A DNA stretch of 32,000 bases from Aeropyrum pernix K1 (GTDB taxonomy: Archaea; Thermoproteota; Thermoprotei_A; Sulfolobales; Acidilobaceae). Below, piece by piece: positions 8,145-16,548 of the stretch (its first letter is position 1; every line of letters starts with the position of its first letter). The stretch spans positions 930,001 to 962,000 of the forward strand of contig NC_000854.2 of NCBI RefSeq assembly GCF_000011125.1, in the 5' to 3' direction. Both the position numbers and the translations under genes were made by a program. The notes below the pieces were generated by a model. The model searched no databases. It worked only from the letters and a program-made list of their open reading frames with translations, and had not been told where the DNA came from.

Positions 8145-8453
8145 CTAAAACGCATCATATATTTCCTCCCTAATATCAGGCTCCAGGTATGCTGATCTAT
8201 ACACTCTGTGCCCCCGTTTAAAATGCTCAGCAGCCTCCTCCCACGAGAGACGGGTTCTACATGTCAAACACCAGTAGAACCCCCCCTTCTCAACCCTCAT
8301 CTCCCTGAAATCCTCGCACCAATAGTCATCAAAAGTCACTGTACGGTGGAGCCTGCAGTAGCCTACATAAGGGTAGAGGGCGTGCGGGCTCCAGTGGAAG
8401 CACATACTACACGAGCCTCTCCCGCTGACTCTCTTTTGATTGCCGAACCCCAA
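8145..8453 (-). CDS. Small Cys/His-rich hypothetical protein (putative zinc-binding)
   Basis: 102 aa from TTG at 8453, or 86 aa from ATG at 8405. It contains CSMC, CRLH and CLTCRTRLSWEEAAEHFKRGH (C-x2-C-x11-H-x4-H, C2H2-like spacing). Codon usage looks coding, and TATA-like GATATAC/ATAATATAG motifs lie at 8484-8512 on the minus strand. Confidence 0.55.
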   Translation of the reverse strand: MGFGNQKRVSGRGSCSMCFHWSPHALYPYVGYCRLHRTVTFDDYWCEDFREMRVEKGGFYWCLTCRTRLSWEEAAEHFKRGHRVYRSAYLEPDIREEIYDAF

Positions 8454-8554
8454 TCCCTAGAGCCCCGTGGTAAGTCTCTGGCTAGGAGAAAGTATATCGT
8501 GCCAGCTATATTATGAGCATGAGGGCCACCGTTAGGGCCGGGCGCCCTCGATGA

Positions 8555-9481
8555 TCAAGAGTGGCCTAGAACTGTGGAGACGTAGAGGGGTAGAAGGAGG
8601 CTGAGCAGCAGCGTGAGCAAGGCACCCTGCACAAAGGCTGGGAGAGCAGCCCTCTCTCCCGAGGATGCTAGTATCACGGGTAGGCCGGTGTCCATCGTGG
8701 TGGCCCCTCCGAACGCCACAGCCTGAATAGGGATCCTCCTTGCTAGTAGGGGGTAGACTACGATATGGAAAGCCTCCCTAAGCATGTTACCCACTAAAGC
8801 AACAGCACCGTAGTAGGGGTCAATGGTATAGAGAAGGGGGCCTGCCAGGGAGTACCAGCCTGACGAGACTCCCATTGCAACACCGGCCTCCAGAGACCAG
8901 CCCAGGACGAAGGCAGCGGCCGCACCGCCTATCACACCGCCCACCAGGCATGAGAGGGCTAAGAGTAGGCCCAGTCTGCCTCCTCTAAGCATTCCCCTAA
9001 GACCGGCAGCACCTCCTACAAGATAGCCAGCCTGGAAGAGGAGGATGTAGAGGAGAAGCGTTGACACTACATCCGGGAACGAACTGCCAGTAAGCCACCC
9101 TGAGGCCAGTCCTGCCAGGAAGAATGCTAGAATCACGGCGGGGCTAGAGTACAAGCTTGAGCCCCCGGCTACCTGACTACCGATACCTACGGACTCTTGG
9201 CTGGAATTCCCTGCCAGGAGGGCCGCCACTGCTACGCTGGCCGCTCCCGGCAGAATAGCAATAAGGATTGAACCGTATAGTATCCCCGCCGCACGCTCTA
9301 AATCGATACTTGAGCCGACACCGGCTCCTATCGTGAAGACCAGCGCCCATACAACGGGATATAGTAAGTGCTCAACAGCCCTGGAGTAAGCCCCTCTCAT
9401 GTAAGCACCAGCCACTACACCCGCTACAGCTGGTACAGCCAGCTCCATAGCCTGCATCCAGAGAATGGATCCCACTACCAC
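8555..9481 (-). CDS. Polytopic membrane protein, possibly of the DUF340/LysO-like exporter family
   Basis: 308 aa, almost entirely hydrophobic and Gly/Ala/Leu-rich, with about 8 or more predicted helices by eye. The family assignment is a guess from size and composition. Alternative ATG starts lie at 9457 and 9448. Confidence 0.6.
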   Translation of the reverse strand: MVVGSILWMQAMELAVPAVAGVVAGAYMRGAYSRAVEHLLYPVVWALVFTIGAGVGSSIDLERAAGILYGSILIAILPGAASVAVAALLAGNSSQESVGIGSQVAGGSSLYSSPAVILAFFLAGLASGWLTGSSFPDVVSTLLLYILLFQAGYLVGGAAGLRGMLRGGRLGLLLALSCLVGGVIGGAAAAFVLGWSLEAGVAMGVSSGWYSLAGPLLYTIDPYYGAVALVGNMLREAFHIVVYPLLARRIPIQAVAFGGATTMDTGLPVILASSGERAALPAFVQGALLTLLLSLLLPLYVSTVLGHS

Positions 9482-9496
9482 CTGCGGGATATAAGC

Positions 9497-10441
9497 GTGA
9501 GTCGAGACAGACTCCCGAAGGTGCCGGGGTTGCCGCTCTACAGGGTCTCAGTCTACGCCTCAGAAAGTGAAGCAGATAGGGTGAGGGAGGTCCTCAAAGG
9601 GGCCAGGCTATACTGGTATGAGTACTCCCTCGTATTCAACGGCGAAACATCTGTGGCTGCGTTCGAGATTTACGCCCCCGAGGAGGCTCTCCAGGACCTC
9701 TTACCCGGGCTCTATAGGGCTATCGACCTGAGGAAGAGGGAGAACGCCTTCTACATAGAGAAGGTGGAGACGGGCGTGGGGGCGTCTAGGAGGGTCCTCT
9801 CGAGGAGGTTCCTTAGGAGTGTTAGGATCCTTAGGGGCAGGCCTCTCGAGGAGGTTCTGGACGAGGCGAACGACAGGTCCTCAGTAGACCTCTTGCAGGC
9901 CCTTCTCGCAGCTATAGCGGGCGTGGTTGCGCTTGCGGGTATAATAACCGGGAGTATGATCCTCCTCGTCGGCGCTATGCTCCTCTCGCCCATACTCTCC
10001 CCCATATACTCAGCAGCTGTGGGTCTATCATTTGGCAGGCTCGAAATAGCTGTGAGAGGCGGATTCTCCCTTCTGATACTAACTTTCTTGGCGCTTGCAT
10101 CATCCACTACCGCGGCGGCTATAGTCTCCGTGTTTCTCCCGGGACCGGATGCGGTACTGGAGGCGGCAAGGCAGGCTTACACCCCCCACTACATAGACTT
10201 GATTATAGGTCTCGCCCTCGGGGCGGCGGTTTCTCTAGCGGCAGTAGCGAGGCTCAACGAACCCCTCATAGGGGTTGCAGTGGCAGCCGCCCTCATACCG
10301 CCTCTTGCAGCCCTGGGGCTGGGTTTAGCGTTTCTCGACTACGAGCTAAGCCTAGGATCTCTGGCAAAAGCTTCTGCCAACATGGCTGGCCTGCTAGCTG
10401 GCTCGACCCTAACGTTTAACATATTAAGGAGGCTACTCTAA
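9497..10441 (+). CDS. DUF389-family membrane protein (soluble N-domain plus hydrophobic C-domain)
   Basis: The ORF is open from 9368, but that part overlaps the divergent gene, so the GTG at 9497 or 9521 is more likely. LLVGAMLLSPILSPIY matches the conserved GAMLxSPLxxPi motif I recall for DUF389/TIGR00341. Confidence 0.6.
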   Translation: MSRDRLPKVPGLPLYRVSVYASESEADRVREVLKGARLYWYEYSLVFNGETSVAAFEIYAPEEALQDLLPGLYRAIDLRKRENAFYIEKVETGVGASRRVLSRRFLRSVRILRGRPLEEVLDEANDRSSVDLLQALLAAIAGVVALAGIITGSMILLVGAMLLSPILSPIYSAAVGLSFGRLEIAVRGGFSLLILTFLALASSTTAAAIVSVFLPGPDAVLEAARQAYTPHYIDLIIGLALGAAVSLAAVARLNEPLIGVAVAAALIPPLAALGLGLAFLDYELSLGSLAKASANMAGLLAGSTLTFNILRRLL

Positions 10442-10565
10442 ACACCGCTCCAAAGCCGGGTTTATATGGGGTGAAAGTTTAAAGTCGCTCTCCAATTATT
10501 AATCCGGGAATAGTGCCGCTGTGTAGATTCTCCAGGGGTCTCAGCCGCTGGAGCGTGCCGCAGCG

Positions 10566-11132
10566 GTGGCTCGGGAGGGGTGTCTAGCGTTGAATGTGGA
10601 GTGCAGAGGGAGGAGGGTGAAGTTCGAGGCTAGAATGGAGACACTCCCTAACGGGAGGCAGATTCTTGTTGATAGAGTCGTATTTCCCGACAGCGTGGCT
10701 GTACTGCCTCTTGTAGAGAAGGATGGAGAATGGCACGTAGTCCTTGTGAGGCAGTTTAGACCGTCCATAGGGAAGTGGACGCTGGAGGCCCCTGCTGGCA
10801 CGCTGAAGGAGGGGGAGACGCCTGAGGCAGCGGCGGCCAGAGAGCTTGAAGAGGAGGCTGGGTTAAAAGCCAAGGCCCTGGTCAGGGTAGGGGGTGGCCA
10901 CGTCTCGCCGGGGTACTCCACCGAGTACATCCACCTCTTCCTAGCCTACTCGCTGGAGAAGGGGGAGATGAGCCCTGAGGAGCATGAGGTTATAGAGGGG
11001 GTTGTTGAGATGAGGCTCTCAGAGGCTCTCGAGTCTATCGAGTCCGGGGTTATAGAGGACCTCAAGACCATAGCCCTCGTTATGGCCGCCGCTTCAAGGG
11101 TGCACCAGCTTGAGGCTGGCGGTGGCGTATAG
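10566..11132 (+). CDS. Nudix hydrolase (ADP-ribose pyrophosphatase-like)
   Basis: Complete Nudix box GTLKEGETPEAAAARELEEEAGL (G-x5-E-x7-REUxEExGU). GTG start per the ORF track. Confidence 0.85.
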   Translation: MAREGCLALNVECRGRRVKFEARMETLPNGRQILVDRVVFPDSVAVLPLVEKDGEWHVVLVRQFRPSIGKWTLEAPAGTLKEGETPEAAAARELEEEAGLKAKALVRVGGGHVSPGYSTEYIHLFLAYSLEKGEMSPEEHEVIEGVVEMRLSEALESIESGVIEDLKTIALVMAAASRVHQLEAGGGV

Positions 11133-11949
11133 CACCGGTGATCCTGCTGGCCGGGGGGCTGGCCGGGCCCTAGCCCGCCTCCTGTCCGCGGAACCGACGA
11201 GCTGCCCCGGAGCGGTGGAGTGTTTCAAGGCAGGATACCTAACTATAGCCGGCTTCCCGGTGGAGGCTGTCAGGCTGGAGATGCTGGACGAGGCGCCGGA
11301 CCCCCAAGCTAGCGCGGTCATAGTCCTCTCAAAACACAGGGCTGAGAGCGGGAGGAAGAGCTTGACAGTCCATCATCCAGGAAACCCCACCGAGGACAAC
11401 AGCCTAGGAGGTAGACCTATGGAGCTGGCCGTAGCGTATCCGGCGTTGGCCAAGGCTCTGCTTATATCCCTGGCCAAGGCCTCCCGGGAGACTGGTCTAG
11501 CGGAGAGCTATGAGGTAACGCTGGAGGCGACGCACCACGGCCCCACAACCCCCAGCAAGCCCGTGGTGTTCGCGGAGCTCGGGAGCACTGAGGAGGACTG
11601 GCGAAACCCGCTGGGCTGGGAAACCCTAGCCCTGGCTGTAGAGGAGGCCATCAAAACCCTGCCCCAGATAGAGCGAGAGTGTATACCCGCCGCAGGCTTC
11701 GGTGGCACCCACTACGTGCCTAAACACACTAGGCTCCAGCTGGAGAGCGGATACTGTATAGGCCACACTATACCCCGCTACGCCTTCGACCGCGGCGTCA
11801 CGGCCGAGGTCCTCAAAAACGCCATACTCAAGAGTTATCCAGGCCCGGCTAGGGTGGCTCTAGTTGAGAAGAAGAGCCTGAAATCGCCTCAGAGGAGGAT
11901 GGTGGAGGAGGCGTCCGAGGAAGCGGGGGCGAAGGTAGAATACATCTAG
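11110..11949 (+). CDS. dtdA: Archaeal-type D-aminoacyl-tRNA deacylase (DtdA)
   Basis: 279 aa with N-terminus RLAVAYSTGDPAG and the motif EATHHGPT, characteristic of the archaeal DTD family as I recall it. It overlaps the Nudix gene's 3' end by 23 nt. Confidence 0.7.
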   Translation: MRLAVAYSTGDPAGRGAGRALARLLSAEPTSCPGAVECFKAGYLTIAGFPVEAVRLEMLDEAPDPQASAVIVLSKHRAESGRKSLTVHHPGNPTEDNSLGGRPMELAVAYPALAKALLISLAKASRETGLAESYEVTLEATHHGPTTPSKPVVFAELGSTEEDWRNPLGWETLALAVEEAIKTLPQIERECIPAAGFGGTHYVPKHTRLQLESGYCIGHTIPRYAFDRGVTAEVLKNAILKSYPGPARVALVEKKSLKSPQRRMVEEASEEAGAKVEYI

Positions 11950-11975
11950 TTCAAGGCTGGCGGGTTTGTGAAAGA

Positions 11976-12051
11976 TGGTAGCCGGGCCGGGATTCGAACC
12001 CGGGTCACGGGGGCCAAAACCCCGCATCCTGGGCCGCTAGACGACCCGGCT
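11976..12051 (-). tRNA. tRNA-Gln (anticodon UUG) with genomically encoded CCA
   Basis: Folded by hand on the minus strand. Acceptor stem is AGCCGGG/CCCGGCU (A1:U72), and the D stem is GUCU/GGAU (includes G-U pairs). The anticodon stem is CGGGG/CCCCG with loop UUUUGGC. The T arm is CCGGG-UUCGAAU-CCCGG, followed by discriminator A and CCA. 76 nt, no intron. Confidence 0.9.
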
Positions 12052-12117
12052 ACTGGCCCGAGAGCCATGTTTACCATAGATATCCTGCCCTAAAGGATAT
12101 TTGGTTTAACACTCCGA

Positions 12118-12127
12118 GAGGGCAAAA
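12118..12127 (-). terminator. Oligo-T termination signal (minus strand TTTTGCCCTC), distal copy
   Basis: Plus strand GAGGGCAAAA. It is one of two copies of the same decamer downstream of the minus-strand gene ending at 12249. Archaeal terminators are typically T-tracts. Confidence 0.3.
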
Positions 12128-12197
12128 CCCGCTGGAGCCCATGGCGTCCTGGCCCATGCTGGTGGTATGGTGGGACGTGTTGGAACGGGTTAACGCG

Positions 12198-12208
12198 GAG
12201 GGCAAAAA
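12198..12208 (-). terminator. Oligo-T termination signal (minus strand TTTTTGCCCTC), proximal copy
   Basis: Plus strand GAGGGCAAAAA, about 40 nt downstream of the stop of the 12249-14267 gene. Confidence 0.35.
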
Positions 12209-12248
12209 TCCAGGGGTGGAGGCTTTTTAGGAGGGATAGTACTATTCT

Positions 12249-14267
12249 CTATCTTCCCTTGAACTTTGGCTTCCTCTTCTCCAGGAACGCTGTGACCCCT
12301 TCTATCACGTCTTCGGTGCTGAAGAGGACGCTGAAGAGGGATGCCTCGAGCTGCAGCCCTGCCCATATGTTGCTTTCTAGGCCGAAGTCTATGGCGTATT
12401 TAGCGGCTGCAAGTGCTATTGGAGGCTTCTCCGCAAGCTTTAAGGCCAGGCTACTTGCTTCCTGCTCGAGCAGCTCTGGGGGCACCACTCTGTTGACTAT
12501 GCCCATCTTCTCAGCATCACTGGCAGGTATCATGTCGCCCGTCATTATCAGCTCTTTGGCCCTGGCGGGGCCGGCGAGCCTCGCAAGCCTCTGAGTCCCG
12601 CCTGCGCCTGGTATGAAGCCCAGGTTTATCTCGGGCTGGCCTAGCATCGCGTCCTCGCTGGCTATCCGTATGTCGCCTGACATCGCCAGCTCCAGGCCGC
12701 CTCCGAGTGCGTAGCCCTTGATAGCAACTATCACTGGCTTAGTGTAGAACTGGATCTTCAGGGTAAGCTCTTGGAACTTCCTTGAGAACCTGAGTATGTC
12801 GATGGGGGTTACCTGGGCGAAGGCTGTAACGTCGGCCCCGGCGCTGAATGCCCTACCCGCGCCCGTCAGTATCACAGCCCTGACGTCGCTCCTCTCCTCA
12901 AGCTCGTCTAGGGCCTGAGACAGCTCCATTATCATCTTGGGGGATATGGCGTTGAGCTTGTCGGGCCTGTTGAGCACTATCCAGGCTATGGGCTTTTCCA
13001 CCCTCACGAGGAGGGTCTCCATCTTCTTCTCCTCGACCTCACCGTACTCGTAGAAGCCCTTGCCAGCCTTCCTCCCTATCCTCCCCTCCTCCACCATCTT
13101 CTTGAGGAGCGGGTCAGGCTCGGCGTGGTCCACCCCGAAATCCCTTTTTATCCTCTCGAGGGCCTCAACGACCCGGTCAAGCCCGAACTCGTCGGCATAC
13201 TCGAAAACGCCTTTTGGCCATCCCAGGCCGAGCTTGACCGCCTTGTCTATATCCTCCCTAGTCGCCACATCTTCCCTAAGCAGCCATGCAGCCTCGTTTA
13301 TGGGCAGAGCCATTAGGAGGAGTGGGTCTACCTTAGCCTCCTCCCTAGGTATGTTAGGCTTCACATACTTGTTCGGGGCGGGGTAGCTGTAGATCCCCTT
13401 GCCCGCCTTGACTCCGTACTCCCCCGCCTTGAACTTCTCCTCGAATATGCTGCACTTAGCGCTCCTGAACCCCCTCCTGCTCATGGCCTCGAAGACATAG
13501 TAGAACACGTCTATCCCGCTGTAGTCGGCGAGCTCGAAAACACCCATCGGCAGGCCTAGTAGGTACTTGGCCGTGGCGTCAACCTGCACCACGGTATACC
13601 CGCCCCTCTCGACCAGAAGGCAGGCAGACTCCATCAGCCGGCCCAGTATCCTGTTTACTATGAACCCCGGCACATCCTTCTTCACAACCACAGTCTGCTT
13701 CCCCATCTTCTTGGCTAGATCCACCGTTGCAGCCACCGTCTCCTCGCTGGTCTTCTCGCCCTTGACAACCTCAACTAGGGGCATCAGGACTGGGGGGTTG
13801 AAGAAGTGCATTCCCACAACCTTCTCGGGCCTGCTAGTCGCCGCGGCTATCTCTGTTATAGGGAGGCTGCTCGTGTTTGAGGCCAGTATCGCTGTCTCCT
13901 TCGCGTGCTTGTCGGCGAAGGCGAAGAGCTGCTGCTTCAGCTCCAGCTTCTCCGGTATCGCCTCTATCATGAAGTCGGACTCCGAAAGCGCCTTCGCCAG
14001 GTCCTCGCTGTACTCGCCATCCCTCACGCTGACTATGGGGGTGATCCTCGACATGACGGTTTCGACAGACTCCCTTATCCTCCCCTTCTCGGCGAGCTTT
14101 TCGAGGCTCCACCTTATCCTCTGGAGGGCGTTGTTCAGGATGTCTATGTTGATGTCGGCCAGGTAGACTTTGAAGCCCGCTATGGCTGCGAGCTCAGCTA
14201 TCCCGTGGCCCATGGTCCCGGCGCCCACAACCGTTATGGTCTTAACTTCCCCTGCCAAGGCTACCAA
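12249..14267 (-). CDS. Bifunctional 3-hydroxyacyl-CoA dehydrogenase / enoyl-CoA hydratase fusion
   Basis: 672 aa. The N-terminal Rossmann motif is VVGAGTMGHGIAE with an HCDH body (FFNPP). The C-terminal crotonase fold includes AFSAGADV and KGYALGGGLELAM. Confidence 0.9.
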   Translation of the reverse strand: MVALAGEVKTITVVGAGTMGHGIAELAAIAGFKVYLADINIDILNNALQRIRWSLEKLAEKGRIRESVETVMSRITPIVSVRDGEYSEDLAKALSESDFMIEAIPEKLELKQQLFAFADKHAKETAILASNTSSLPITEIAAATSRPEKVVGMHFFNPPVLMPLVEVVKGEKTSEETVAATVDLAKKMGKQTVVVKKDVPGFIVNRILGRLMESACLLVERGGYTVVQVDATAKYLLGLPMGVFELADYSGIDVFYYVFEAMSRRGFRSAKCSIFEEKFKAGEYGVKAGKGIYSYPAPNKYVKPNIPREEAKVDPLLLMALPINEAAWLLREDVATREDIDKAVKLGLGWPKGVFEYADEFGLDRVVEALERIKRDFGVDHAEPDPLLKKMVEEGRIGRKAGKGFYEYGEVEEKKMETLLVRVEKPIAWIVLNRPDKLNAISPKMIMELSQALDELEERSDVRAVILTGAGRAFSAGADVTAFAQVTPIDILRFSRKFQELTLKIQFYTKPVIVAIKGYALGGGLELAMSGDIRIASEDAMLGQPEINLGFIPGAGGTQRLARLAGPARAKELIMTGDMIPASDAEKMGIVNRVVPPELLEQEASSLALKLAEKPPIALAAAKYAIDFGLESNIWAGLQLEASLFSVLFSTEDVIEGVTAFLEKRKPKFKGR

Positions 14268-14342
14268 GCCGCCATACTAGAGTTGTTTTTGAGGGTCTAA
14301 ATCCCAACGTATTCCCTTCGACTAAACAGGCCACGGTAAACG

Positions 14343-14350
14343 TTTTAATA
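14343..14350 (+). promoter_or_regulatory. TATA-like box (TTTTAATA) upstream of the 92-aa ORF
   Basis: Read directly, about 40-55 nt upstream of the GTG at 14388 and the ATG at 14400. Confidence 0.45.
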
Positions 14351-14387
14351 ACCCTTAATAGCTCCAGGGGCCTCACTTTAGAATCCG

Positions 14388-14666
14388 GTGTATCCGGGTA
14401 TGAGCAAGTATCTAGACGAGCTGAAGGACATACTCAGGCCGCACCTGGCCAAGTATGGGCTAAAGATACTACCAAGGGGCCAGAGCCAGTTCAGCCTTGT
14501 CAGGGGCAGTGAGATAGTTATGACCGTTAGAGACGCCCAGGAGATCGTAGAGCTCTCATACAAACAGAAGAAGTACTCGTATGACAAGTGGTACACAAAG
14601 CCCGAGCATCTGGCCCAGACCATTCTAAACGTCCTGGAGGCCCAGGAGAAGGAGGTCTCCTCCTAA
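14388..14666 (+). CDS. Small hypothetical protein (88-92 aa, Lys/Glu-rich)
   Basis: The ORF has hyperthermophile-like charged composition (MSKYLDELKDILRPHLAKYGLKIL...) and its own TATA element. I recognise no family. The ATG at 14400 is an alternative start. Confidence 0.5.
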   Translation: MYPGMSKYLDELKDILRPHLAKYGLKILPRGQSQFSLVRGSEIVMTVRDAQEIVELSYKQKKYSYDKWYTKPEHLAQTILNVLEAQEKEVSS

Positions 14667-14833
14667 GAAGCGGGGAGACAGGAGAACGCGCTCCAGGACT
14701 GCAGGGCAACGGTTTTACCAGGCCTGGCTTACACTGGCGCCTTAATATCCTCTCCTCCTACCCGCTTGGGTAGTATTATCTGGCGGTATGGAGCCTTAGA
14801 GCTATTTCTGCCTGAGCTTAGACCTTATATAGT

Positions 14834-15871
14834 GTGGTGTTCTCAGGCTTGGTAGACTCTCTTGGATTCCACCTCTGGTGCCCCCGTTGCGGTATCAAAC
14901 TCAGAGAGGGGGAGTACAGGCCCTGGTGCCCCCGCTGTAGAGGCCCTCTTGAAGCTGTGGGGCTTCCCCGGCTGCCGCCTGTGCTGGGGGAGGGTTCGAC
15001 GCCCCTCGTGGAGGCTGGTGAGGGGGTCTATGCTAAGCTCGAGTATCTAAACCCGTCGGGCAGCTTCAAGGATAGGGGTGTGGGCTATAGCCTGAGGATG
15101 GCTAGCCTGCTGGGGTATGACTGTGTTGTGGTGGATTCCAGCGGTAACACGGGTTTGAGCACCGCCTTGTACAGCGCCAGGCTGGGCTTGAAGGCCAGGG
15201 TGTATGTTCCCCGCGGTGCTTCGCCGGGTAAGAAGGCGTTGATCAGGGCTACTGGAGCGGAGCTTGTCGAGGCTGAGAGCAGGGAGGAGGCTGCGCGGCT
15301 GGCGGAGGCTGAGGCGGAGAAGTGCTTCCACGTCGCCCACCCAACTAACCCCCTCTTCATCGAGGGTGTGAAGAGCCTTGGAAGGGAACTGGCGGGGGAG
15401 GCGGCAGGCGATACTGATGTGCTTGCCCCGGTCAGCAGCGGCACCCTACTCCTCGGCATCTACAGGGGGCTTGAGGAGGAGAGGGGCCGTTTCAGGCTTG
15501 TTGCCGTCCAGTCGCCCGCAGCCTACTCCCTCAAGGGTCTAGTTCCAGAGCTAGGCTGGGTGGGGGGTGTGGAGGGCAGGCTGCTCGACGCCCTCCTCCT
15601 GGCCAGACCGCCTAGGCTCGAAGAGATGGCCCGCGCGGTGAGGGAGAGTGGTGGTGGCGTTGTGGTTGTGGGCGATGGTGCTATACCCGGCGCGGTGAGG
15701 GAGGCGGTGCAGAGGGGATTCCTCGTTGAGCCTAGCAGCGCAGCCGTCTTCGCGGCGCATGAGGTCCTCAGGGAGAAGAAGTGGCTTTCTGGGAGAAGCC
15801 TCCTGGTGCTGACTGGGAGCGGGTTAAAGTATGCGAGCCTGCTTGAGAAGCTCGCAGCAGAGGCGGCTTAG
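14834..15871 (+). CDS. Threonine-synthase-like fold-type II PLP enzyme with an N-terminal zinc ribbon
   Basis: CPRCG...CPRCRG ribbon, then the PLP-lysine motif NPSGSFKDRG. 345 aa, short for a ThrC. A TATA-like CTTATATA at 14824-14831 lies too close to the GTG at 14834, so the TTG at 14849 may be a leaderless start. Confidence 0.65.
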   Translation: MVFSGLVDSLGFHLWCPRCGIKLREGEYRPWCPRCRGPLEAVGLPRLPPVLGEGSTPLVEAGEGVYAKLEYLNPSGSFKDRGVGYSLRMASLLGYDCVVVDSSGNTGLSTALYSARLGLKARVYVPRGASPGKKALIRATGAELVEAESREEAARLAEAEAEKCFHVAHPTNPLFIEGVKSLGRELAGEAAGDTDVLAPVSSGTLLLGIYRGLEEERGRFRLVAVQSPAAYSLKGLVPELGWVGGVEGRLLDALLLARPPRLEEMARAVRESGGGVVVVGDGAIPGAVREAVQRGFLVEPSSAAVFAAHEVLREKKWLSGRSLLVLTGSGLKYASLLEKLAAEAA

Positions 15872-15876
15872 GGAGG

Positions 15877-16548
15877 GTGTGGAGGATGGAGTATCACCCC
15901 TTTGTGCTGAGGGTTAGGGGGGCTAGGGTCCTGGTTGTGGGGGGCGGCGGTGTCGGGGGCAGGCGAGCGGTCCTGCTCGCTTCCAAGGGCGCTAAGGTTA
16001 GAGTGGTATCCCTTGAATTCTCCCAGGAGCTGCTCCGGGCTGCCGAGAGGCTTGGGATCGAGCTTATAGAGGGGGGTTTCGGCGAGGCTAGGAGGCATAT
16101 CCCCTGGGCTTCTATAGTCGTCATAGCAACACCCCATACGGGGGAGGCTGAAGAAATTGCTAGGGAGGCTTTGAAGGCTGGAAAGCTGGTTAACGTTGCA
16201 GCCGACCATAGGCTAGGGAACCTTCTCTTCCCCTTCGCAGGAGAGTCGAAGGGCCTCCTTGTGGGTGTGACTAGCCTTGGAGTCTCAGGCCTCGCCGCTA
16301 GAAGGGCTCTGGAGAAGATAATCGAGCTGCTTGATGGGGATGAGGAGGTAGAGTGTCTTCTAGAGACCCACGGGAGGCTGAAAAGGCTGTTGTTTGAGGT
16401 GGTCGAGGACTCGAGGCTCAGGATGGAGGTCCACACTTCGCTCTGGAATGACGCCGAGTATAGGAGGCTCTGTAGGGAGGGCCGTGTTGAGGAGGCTATG
16501 AGTAGGGCTTTGGAGGTGGCTAGGAGTGTCTCGGGAGCCCGCCTGTAG
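15877..16548 (+). CDS. sirC: Precorrin-2 dehydrogenase / sirohydrochlorin ferrochelatase (siroheme synthase N-domain, SirC/Met8-like)
   Basis: 223 aa. The Rossmann motif VLVVGGGGVGGRRAVLLASKGAKVRVVS is typical of the CysG N-terminal domain family. It starts 5 nt after the ThrC-like stop. Confidence 0.75.
   Translation: MWRMEYHPFVLRVRGARVLVVGGGGVGGRRAVLLASKGAKVRVVSLEFSQELLRAAERLGIELIEGGFGEARRHIPWASIVVIATPHTGEAEEIAREALKAGKLVNVAADHRLGNLLFPFAGESKGLLVGVTSLGVSGLAARRALEKIIELLDGDEEVECLLETHGRLKRLLFEVVEDSRLRMEVHTSLWNDAEYRRLCREGRVEEAMSRALEVARSVSGARL

Noticed and set aside
9368-9496. N-terminal 43-codon extension of the DUF389 ORF
   Set aside because: It overlaps the divergent membrane-protein gene and translates to an atypical His/Ser/Tyr-rich peptide. 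In-frame GTG codons at 9497 and 9521 give a sensible start.
10543-10567. Hairpin GCCGCTG-N10-CAGCGGT just before the Nudix GTG start, as a translational control element
   Set aside because: The stem is only 6-7 bp in GC-rich sequence, which is easily produced by chance, and there is no supporting context.
12259-14300. Several plus-strand ORFs (111, 108, 199 and 131 aa) inside the 3-hydroxyacyl-CoA dehydrogenase/hydratase gene
   Set aside because: They are antisense to a 672-aa ORF with unambiguous Rossmann and crotonase motifs. Their Ser/Thr/Leu-rich composition carries no motifs.
15894-16436. 180-aa minus-strand ORF opposite the SirC-like gene, plus similar antisense ORFs at 16846-17238, 20584-21539, 24320-24865, 26596-27123 and 28092-28553
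   Set aside because: All are Ser/Pro/Thr/Ala-rich shadows of confidently assigned genes on the other strand.
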